NCBI GenBank assembly: GCA_965224565.1
Contig: CBDCZN010000002.1
Coordinates: 1,636,309-1,700,308 of the forward strand
Length of the DNA: 64,000 nucleotides
DNA from: Methylococcales bacterium
GTDB lineage: Bacteria; Pseudomonadota; Gammaproteobacteria; Methylococcales; DRLZ01
Direction: 5' to 3'
In this document: positions 58,157 to 64,000 of the stretch, one piece after another
How positions within the stretch are numbered: position 1 is the stretch's first letter
Layout: each line of letters starts with the position of its first letter
Made by a program: the position numbers and the translations under genes
Notes under the pieces: generated by a model
Told to the model about the DNA's origin: nothing
Databases searched by the model: none
What the model saw: only the letters and a program-made list of their open reading frames with translations

Positions 58157-58587
58157 CTTTCTAATTCAGGTTAATAATTATGAAATTATTGAAAAATTAT
58201 TAATTAATGTAAGTGGCTAAAAGCAGTGTTTCTATATATTGCTGAGTATTTTGGTTTTAAAAAGGTATAGAAATTTATGTTAGTAACTTATTAGATATCA
58301 GAAAACGACGTATTGATGGATTTAGTGGTTCACTGATTGTTTATCAAGGTTGATGCATGCACTATGCTTGTAAACGAGAGTACGGTAGGATCCTATGAAT
58401 TATGTTTGTAAAAAATATGGACAAATACTATCACATCATATTCGTAATTCAAATAGTGTCAGGATACTCTGTCAGTTAAATCGAGATTAAACAGATTTTT
58501 AGTTAAATACAAGGTTAGTAATAGAATAATGGATGGCGCGAATAAAACATCACGCAACAGCATTTAAGGGTGTGAGAGTATAACCTC

Positions 58588-59298
58588 TCAGGTTTTTTTA
58601 AAAGTAATCGTCTTATTAACTGGGCTGCATGTGATTTCATCAATCACTGACCCTTGTCTTAGATTCAATACCAGAGCAACCATTTCAGCGATATCTGTAG
58701 GTGAAATTGATTCAGATGGTTCCAGGCCAGGTTCGAAATTCAATTCGTCAAAAAAAGGTGTTTTTACCATGCCTGGGTTAACAATACTGACACGCACTCC
58801 GCTTTTAGCACATTCATCGCGTAAAGCTTGCGCAAAACCACGCAGTGCAAATTTACTGGCGCAATAAACACTGCCTTTGCGACTACCAGTCAGTGCGGCT
58901 TCAGATCCGATGAATACAAGATCTCCACGTTTCGCACATTTCATTTTCGGGATTACCGCACGAGCAAGATAGGCTTGGCTGGTAAAATTAATCTCTATTA
59001 ACTCGCGAATTTGTGAGTAGGAAAATTCTTCTATACTCCCGAATTGTCCCTTGCCTGCACAGAAGATTACGGCGTCAATCGATGGCATCGATTTAATGAG
59101 TTGATTCAGTGTGTCTGGTAATTGTTCCAGGTCTGCTAGATCAATGGTTACTGGTGTGAAGTTGGGGTTGTCAGTCAGTTGTGTGGATTTTGAAAAGTCG
59201 CGGGCTAATCCAGTTACTTGCCAGTCCTGTTGCAATAGATGCTGGCATATCGCCAATCCAATTCCGGAGCTTGCACCTGTAACTAATGCGTTGCGCAT
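58588..59298 (-). CDS. short-chain dehydrogenase/reductase (SDR)
   Basis: ORF 58588..59310. The ATG at 59298 (MRNALVTGASSGIG) overlaps the upstream TAA by 1 nt (TAATG). Catalytic YCASK and NPGMV. Confidence 0.85.
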   Translation of the reverse strand: MRNALVTGASSGIGLAICQHLLQQDWQVTGLARDFSKSTQLTDNPNFTPVTIDLADLEQLPDTLNQLIKSMPSIDAVIFCAGKGQFGSIEEFSYSQIRELIEINFTSQAYLARAVIPKMKCAKRGDLVFIGSEAALTGSRKGSVYCASKFALRGFAQALRDECAKSGVRVSIVNPGMVKTPFFDELNFEPGLEPSESISPTDIAEMVALVLNLRQGSVIDEITCSPVNKTITFKKT

Positions 59299-60290
59299 TA
59301 GTTGACACACGGGAATAGTTTTTCTTGTGGAACATGCCTAGTTAATTCTTGTGTGCAATAGTCCATCATTTCGCTTTCAAGTTCTGTTGGATATGATGCC
59401 ATTCCTTGTGTGACTGGAAATGTGGTGGCCAACAGTTTTTCTTGTGGATAGAGTTTTTTTAGTTTGCGCATATAGCGATCAGGTAATCTAAAAGGTCCAA
59501 GGCTGACTGAATGTACGTTATCGACGTCAATGCTGGAAAAAACGTCTTTAAATAGCTGACGATACAGTGTTTGATAATTATCGCAATAGATGAGAGGGTC
59601 AAAGCGTAGTCCAATCGACCAACCATGTTGTTGGATTTTTTGCATTGCATTGATGCGTGCTTGATTGGGTGGAACTTTGTATTCAATCGCCCGATTAATT
59701 GGATCGGGAGTGAAGCTGTAGGCGACGACACAATTTTTAAACGGTTGGTGTTGGGTGAGTGTTTTTGTATAGGGGCTTTTAGTGCGCAGTTCTAGCCAGG
59801 CGGTTGGTATTTGTCGGAATACATCGAGAAAATAGTCTGCAAAACCAGTAACAGATTCCAATACCAGACTGTCACAATCATAGCCGGAATAAAATCCAAC
59901 CAGTTGATTGTGATGTTGTGCAGTGGTTTGCTGGATTGCTTGTTTGAAGCTTTCATAATTGACGAACCAGACATAATTTGCCGATGCGAACATGCCCTGC
60001 AGAAAACAGTAACGGCAGTCGTACAAGCAATTCAGCATATGAGAAAAATAATAATTATGTTGCATACCAATGCCATAGGCATCAGGGGCTGACAGCACAT
60101 ATTTATTGTATTTCTCAGCAATAATTAGCGCTGGGTTGAGTTTTTGTAAGCGAAAATTCTGTGCTGAAGGATTAAATACCTCTGCATAATGTTCACAAGG
60201 GATGACCCGTGCAGTAGAATAACGTTGCATGACTTGTTGTGCGCGTGGATGTTGCTGTAATCCTGATTCAATGTAGATGGTGTCAATCAT
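59298..60290 (-). CDS. spore-photoproduct-lyase-family radical SAM protein
   Basis: 330 aa. CxxxCxxC as CLYDCRYCFLQG. Length and flanking blocks are typical of proteobacterial SplB-like proteins. Confidence 0.75.
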   Translation of the reverse strand: MIDTIYIESGLQQHPRAQQVMQRYSTARVIPCEHYAEVFNPSAQNFRLQKLNPALIIAEKYNKYVLSAPDAYGIGMQHNYYFSHMLNCLYDCRYCFLQGMFASANYVWFVNYESFKQAIQQTTAQHHNQLVGFYSGYDCDSLVLESVTGFADYFLDVFRQIPTAWLELRTKSPYTKTLTQHQPFKNCVVAYSFTPDPINRAIEYKVPPNQARINAMQKIQQHGWSIGLRFDPLIYCDNYQTLYRQLFKDVFSSIDVDNVHSVSLGPFRLPDRYMRKLKKLYPQEKLLATTFPVTQGMASYPTELESEMMDYCTQELTRHVPQEKLFPCVN

Positions 60291-60496
60291 GTTAGTGCCT
60301 GTATTCGCCCAAGAGTAAGGCGTGATGACGAGTCATAGCTGATCTATTACGAGGAATAACAACGCTGCTATTGGGTAGGGAGATGTTAGAATTCACAGTT
60401 TGAAAATGGTGTTGAGTATCTATGTGGTTGTGTCGAATACTGCGGTGGCTAAAATATAATCGACACTCTTTAAATATGATTTTATAACGAACAATA

Positions 60497-61351
60497 ATGA
60501 ACAAACCTAATCAGTCCGCGACAAAAAGCCCTGAAGAGTATACCATCGGATTTATTGGTGCTGGCAATATGGCGAGCAGCTTAATCTGCGGTCTGATTGC
60601 TACTGATTTTCCAGCACAGCGTATATGGGCTTCTGATCTTGATACGCAGCAGTTAGCCAGACTTGCCAAAGATCAAGGTATTCATACCACCAGTGATAAT
60701 AATCAATTGGTTAGTCAAGCCGATGTTGTGGTGCTGGCTGTTAAACCGCAGGTAGTCCCTGACGTTGTCAAGCCGCTGCATGAATTACTTGATGGCAATA
60801 AACTGGTCATCTCAATTGCTGCTGGAATTAATTCAACAGCATTGAATGCTTGGTTGCCAGAGGTTCCTGTGATTCGATGTATGCCGAACACACCTGCTTT
60901 GGTCGGACAAGGAGTTACTGGATTATTTGCTACCAGTAAGGTCAGCGATCAACAAAAACAAGCCGCTGAAATGATTATGAAGGCAGTTGGACAAACAGTC
61001 TGGTTGGATGATGAAACGTTGATAGATACTGTTACGGCAGTATCAGGCAGTGGTCCTGCATATTTTTTTCTGCTGATGGAAGCAATGGAAGCTGCGGCTA
61101 TTGATTTGGGGGTGACTCCTGAAACAGCCCGTTTACTGGTGCAACAAACTGCACTAGGAGCAGCAACCATGGTTGCTGAAACAGGTGAATCACCAGCACA
61201 ACTGCGCAGAAAAGTGACTTCTCCTGGAGGAACAACTGAAAAAGCTCTGGGTATTTTTGAACAACATAATTTTAAGCCAGTGGTTGCGGAAGCACTGCAA
61301 GGCGCACATGATCGCTCCATTGAACTCTCTAAAATAATAGGACAATCCTGA
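60497..61351 (+). CDS. proC: pyrroline-5-carboxylate reductase
   Basis: 284 aa. GFIGAGNMA NADP motif, AVKPQ, RCMPNTPALVGQG and TSPGGTTEKAL. Confidence 0.92.
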   Translation: MNKPNQSATKSPEEYTIGFIGAGNMASSLICGLIATDFPAQRIWASDLDTQQLARLAKDQGIHTTSDNNQLVSQADVVVLAVKPQVVPDVVKPLHELLDGNKLVISIAAGINSTALNAWLPEVPVIRCMPNTPALVGQGVTGLFATSKVSDQQKQAAEMIMKAVGQTVWLDDETLIDTVTAVSGSGPAYFFLLMEAMEAAAIDLGVTPETARLLVQQTALGAATMVAETGESPAQLRRKVTSPGGTTEKALGIFEQHNFKPVVAEALQGAHDRSIELSKIIGQS

Positions 61352-61926
61352 TGAATTCAGATCCATTTGTTTTTTTAATTGATACAGTTTTCAAAATCTT
61401 TATTTTTCTTGTTCTGTTGCGTTTTTTAATGCAATGGATGGGTGCGGATTTTTTTAATCCGATCGCACAGTTTGTGGTTAAAATAACCAAGCCATTGTTG
61501 AATCCCATGCGAAAAATCATACCATCGGCTGGACATTATGATTTTGCAGCGCTCGTTGCCTTATTTGGCTTGCAAGCGTTGTATGGTTATTCGATGGCAA
61601 TGTTACAAGGTGGTCAAATTAGTGTGGGCCCACTCGCAGTGTGGACAGTCGGAGAGCTGATTGATTTAATTCTTAATACTTTCGTTATCATGATTGTCGT
61701 GCGTGCGCTGTTAAGCTGGATAAATCCCGGAACCTATAATCCAGCTATTTCGCTACTTTATAGTATCACTGATCCGATACTTAATTTTGGACGCAAACTG
61801 ATACCACCGATTGCTGGTATTGATCTTTCACCAATAATCATTATTGTTGGACTGGAGTTTCTGAGACGATTATTGAATCCGATGTTTCAACAGATGATGC
61901 TTACTGTTCAAACTGCAGCATTTTAG
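61351..61926 (+). CDS. yggT: YggT family membrane protein
   Basis: 191 aa with two YGGT-type repeats (LLRFLMQW..., VRALLSWINP). 1-nt TGATG overlap with proC; conserved proC-yggT synteny. Confidence 0.8.
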   Translation: MNSDPFVFLIDTVFKIFIFLVLLRFLMQWMGADFFNPIAQFVVKITKPLLNPMRKIIPSAGHYDFAALVALFGLQALYGYSMAMLQGGQISVGPLAVWTVGELIDLILNTFVIMIVVRALLSWINPGTYNPAISLLYSITDPILNFGRKLIPPIAGIDLSPIIIIVGLEFLRRLLNPMFQQMMLTVQTAAF

Positions 61927-62131
61927 GGCTAACTAAAAACTGATTTAGCTACTTTTATTTATTGAGGCATTTGAGTTAATAGGCAAAAATAGTACTCAAT
62001 GCGTCTCTGGGTTGATGAAGTATGTGTGTCAATAGTTAAAAGATGTCACCCTTACCAGAAAACTATATGAATTCAGAGAAAATTTCTGATGCACCAATGC
62101 GTTCACATGATAGATTTTGAGGCTCTATGTA

Positions 62132-62167
62132 AATCAATCGATTCGCCGTACGGCGAATCGATTGATT
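62132..62167. terminator. bidirectional hairpin between convergent yggT and the deacetylase gene
   Basis: 17-bp perfect stem AATCAATCGATTCGCCG / CGGCGAATCGATTGATT with only a 2-nt TA centre, so the innermost pairs must open. Confidence 0.55.
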
Positions 62168-62234
62168 GGTTGTTTACTAAATCCCGCTATTTGTACTTTG
62201 TTTCCAAACCACTTAGCTTTCGAGAAATAGTGGT

Positions 62235-63830
62235 TTAAAAGGTTGCACCGACTAATGTTGCAAGTTGAGGTAAATAACCATGTATTTTCTGTTTATTTGA
62301 TGTTTGCTCTGATCCAGCAAGCATTTTCTGGTCAAGATAAGACAATACAAGGTTTAATTTTATAATTGCCAAATCTGGCTTTCCATTCCAGCAGTCGTTA
62401 GCGGCAGCTAACAAATCAATTGAAATCTGATCTTTAGACGACAATTGTTCTTGCCATGTGTTACCAGCAAAATAAGTTAATGGTAATGTATCACTGTATT
62501 CCTGAAGATCATTAATTGCCGCACCTAAGGAAACTATTGCTTCCCAAGGATCTTGAGGGGTGATGTCAGGTGTTGTGGTCGGTTCACAGCTTGTGCCGCA
62601 GTCAAGTGGCGAAGGGTTTCTCATCCAGTTGATAATTGAATTAAAAGGTACGATTCGCACATCAGGTTTAGACAATGCGTAAGTAATAAACGCTTCAAGC
62701 ACCTCTTGTCTTTCACGAACTGATATCTGGTTAGCCAGATCTGCTTTTTTAGAACTAAAATTGCCAATATGTGCTCCCAGCATAAAAGGGGCGCGATTTC
62801 CGTTTTGCAAGCGAAGATCAAGTGTATATTTAAGCGTTGCTAGTGTCTCTGCCTTATTTAATTTGGCTTGCGCCCAAATATTCCAGTCAAATGCTGTGAT
62901 TTTCCCACCCGCTAGATCAAACCATGGCATGTTTATTTTAACTTTGTCTCTTATGGAAGAATCTATTCCATAATCAGCCGTTATATTATCAGGTGGGATA
63001 ATCAATGGAGTCACACCAAGCTCCCAGAGACCTGCATGAGAAGATATCGGAGTTTTATTTGGAAAACCATCATCCACCATGGATTGATTGCCAGGGCTTC
63101 CTGAATTCAACGTATAGGGCCATGGATAATTAGTACCATCCAGTAAATGATGCCAGCCTTCCTCAATACTGGTGTCATACGTCAAACCTTTTTGTTTTAA
63201 TGCTTTAAATGTTGCGTCATTATATTCAAGGAAAGGTGTTCTGAATCCCGTTAGTTGTGCAATGTCAGCTCCCATTCCAGACGTTGAACTTGAGTTGCCA
63301 GGTTGTTCATTCGGGTCAAAAGGTTTGCTCAGAAATACTTGTGTATTGCCGATTTCAGCGAGCCATTGGGTAAGAGTAAAGTTGCTTCCATGGCTATGGT
63401 CAACTGTATGATTGCCAATTTCATGACCGGCAGTCATCGCAGTGTGCCAAGCACGTTTGATATATACTGGATCATCGCTTTTCCATTCTTCCTGATAGGA
63501 TGATGTATTAAAAAAAGTGACTCTTGCTGGTGTGGAATCGTATGTTAAAAGGTTGCCTGTACCAGCCGGGTTTTTTTTGGTTCTCATGTAATTCAGAAAC
63601 CAGGTTAAACCACCCGTGCCTCCAGATCCCTCTAGACCAGAAACCCCATTGTCATCGAATCCAATGCTTACAAACATGGGAACTTGATTTGGATTTAAAC
63701 CGTGTGGAGGTGTCTGGGAATATGGTTGATCATCAGTGTAATCATAAGCTTGCGTAGTTAAAGAGAATGCAAAGCCGACAATTGAAAATATTGAATGGAG
63801 AAATACAGATCGAAAACTGATGTTTTTCAT
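62235..63830 (-). CDS. secreted polysaccharide deacetylase (NodB homology domain) protein
   Basis: 531 aa. Signal peptide, FVSIGFDDNG (Asp-Asp motif), GHEIGNHTVDH (His-His metal motif), and a C-terminal ~150-aa unassigned region. Confidence 0.75.
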   Translation of the reverse strand: MKNISFRSVFLHSIFSIVGFAFSLTTQAYDYTDDQPYSQTPPHGLNPNQVPMFVSIGFDDNGVSGLEGSGGTGGLTWFLNYMRTKKNPAGTGNLLTYDSTPARVTFFNTSSYQEEWKSDDPVYIKRAWHTAMTAGHEIGNHTVDHSHGSNFTLTQWLAEIGNTQVFLSKPFDPNEQPGNSSSTSGMGADIAQLTGFRTPFLEYNDATFKALKQKGLTYDTSIEEGWHHLLDGTNYPWPYTLNSGSPGNQSMVDDGFPNKTPISSHAGLWELGVTPLIIPPDNITADYGIDSSIRDKVKINMPWFDLAGGKITAFDWNIWAQAKLNKAETLATLKYTLDLRLQNGNRAPFMLGAHIGNFSSKKADLANQISVRERQEVLEAFITYALSKPDVRIVPFNSIINWMRNPSPLDCGTSCEPTTTPDITPQDPWEAIVSLGAAINDLQEYSDTLPLTYFAGNTWQEQLSSKDQISIDLLAAANDCWNGKPDLAIIKLNLVLSYLDQKMLAGSEQTSNKQKIHGYLPQLATLVGATF

Positions 63831-64000
63831 TGATTATCCTTAAGTCTTATTTTTTTTGGAGTATGAATTGTAGCTGATTTTTTTAGATAACAAAAACGAT
63901 TTAAGGAGTAGACATTTAACAGAGAGATGGCAATTCTAAACGTGCAAAGACACATTTTTAATATGGCTACGACCAGACCAAGTCTGAGTGAATACAATTT

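Noticed and set aside
58157-58230. Fur-box-like AT-rich hexamers (AATAATTATGAAATTATT) just upstream of the TonB-dependent receptor
   Set aside because: The whole spacer is extremely AT-rich, so NATWAT-type matches are expected by chance. The position, immediately adjacent to the start codon, is atypical. I did not score it.
1-64000. tRNA, rRNA, integrase/transposase, prophage, toxin-antitoxin or known defence-system genes
   Set aside because: I scanned the intergenic regions by eye for T-loop/acceptor patterns and scanned the ORF translations for recombinase/nuclease signatures. None was found. A covariance-model scan would be needed to exclude small RNAs.

Overview
The gene content suggests a gammaproteobacterial chromosome from a RuMP-cycle methylotroph or type-I-methanotroph-like organism; this is inference only, and no search was run. 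The sequence looks AT-rich by eye. The window has three parts.

(1) 1-23.6 kb is core genome. It carries rpsO-pnp, a UDG-family gene, uvrC-pgsA, adk, an lpxD paralog with a radical SAM gene, and the ribulose-monophosphate cluster hps-phi-tkt-(two repeat-motif proteins)-tal-fba on the minus strand. It also carries a HAD phosphatase, split and convergent dhaK/dhaL, a DUF3524-type glycosyltransferase, and a YbjQ-YbjQ-M48 peptidase trio.

(2) About 23.6-58.2 kb looks accessory and is dominated by envelope and secreted functions.
- Two small paralogous secreted proteins each carry a double-glycine-leader-like motif.
- A doubly frameshifted GDSL lipase pseudogene.
- A beta-propeller/di-haem peroxidase.
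- A SET-like protein and a TPR-methyltransferase.
- A stand-alone secreted C39 peptidase and a SPOR/beta-barrel protein.
- Three proteins with VPLPA/PEP-CTERM-like sorting tails, with no exosortase in the window.
- A tightly coupled six-gene operon: PqqD-like, ATP-grasp, PLP decarboxylase, a urea-transporter-like::M23 peptidase fusion, an OM barrel and a TPR protein. I cannot assign it to a known system.
- A 6-module Cys-containing repeat protein whose module matches the two small proteins. Its gene lies, together with the 229-aa VPLPA-tail protein gene (46711..47400), in a ~4.3-kb segment bracketed by two copies of a 165-bp MITE.
- A TonB receptor/YfiR-like/hybrid kinase module with a REC-PAS-GGDEF-EAL gene.

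(3) 58.5-64 kb is core again: SDR, SPL-type radical SAM, proC-yggT and a polysaccharide deacetylase.

I found no rRNA, tRNA, CRISPR, integrase or transposase gene. Several palindromic REP/MITE-like elements sit in intergenic regions.
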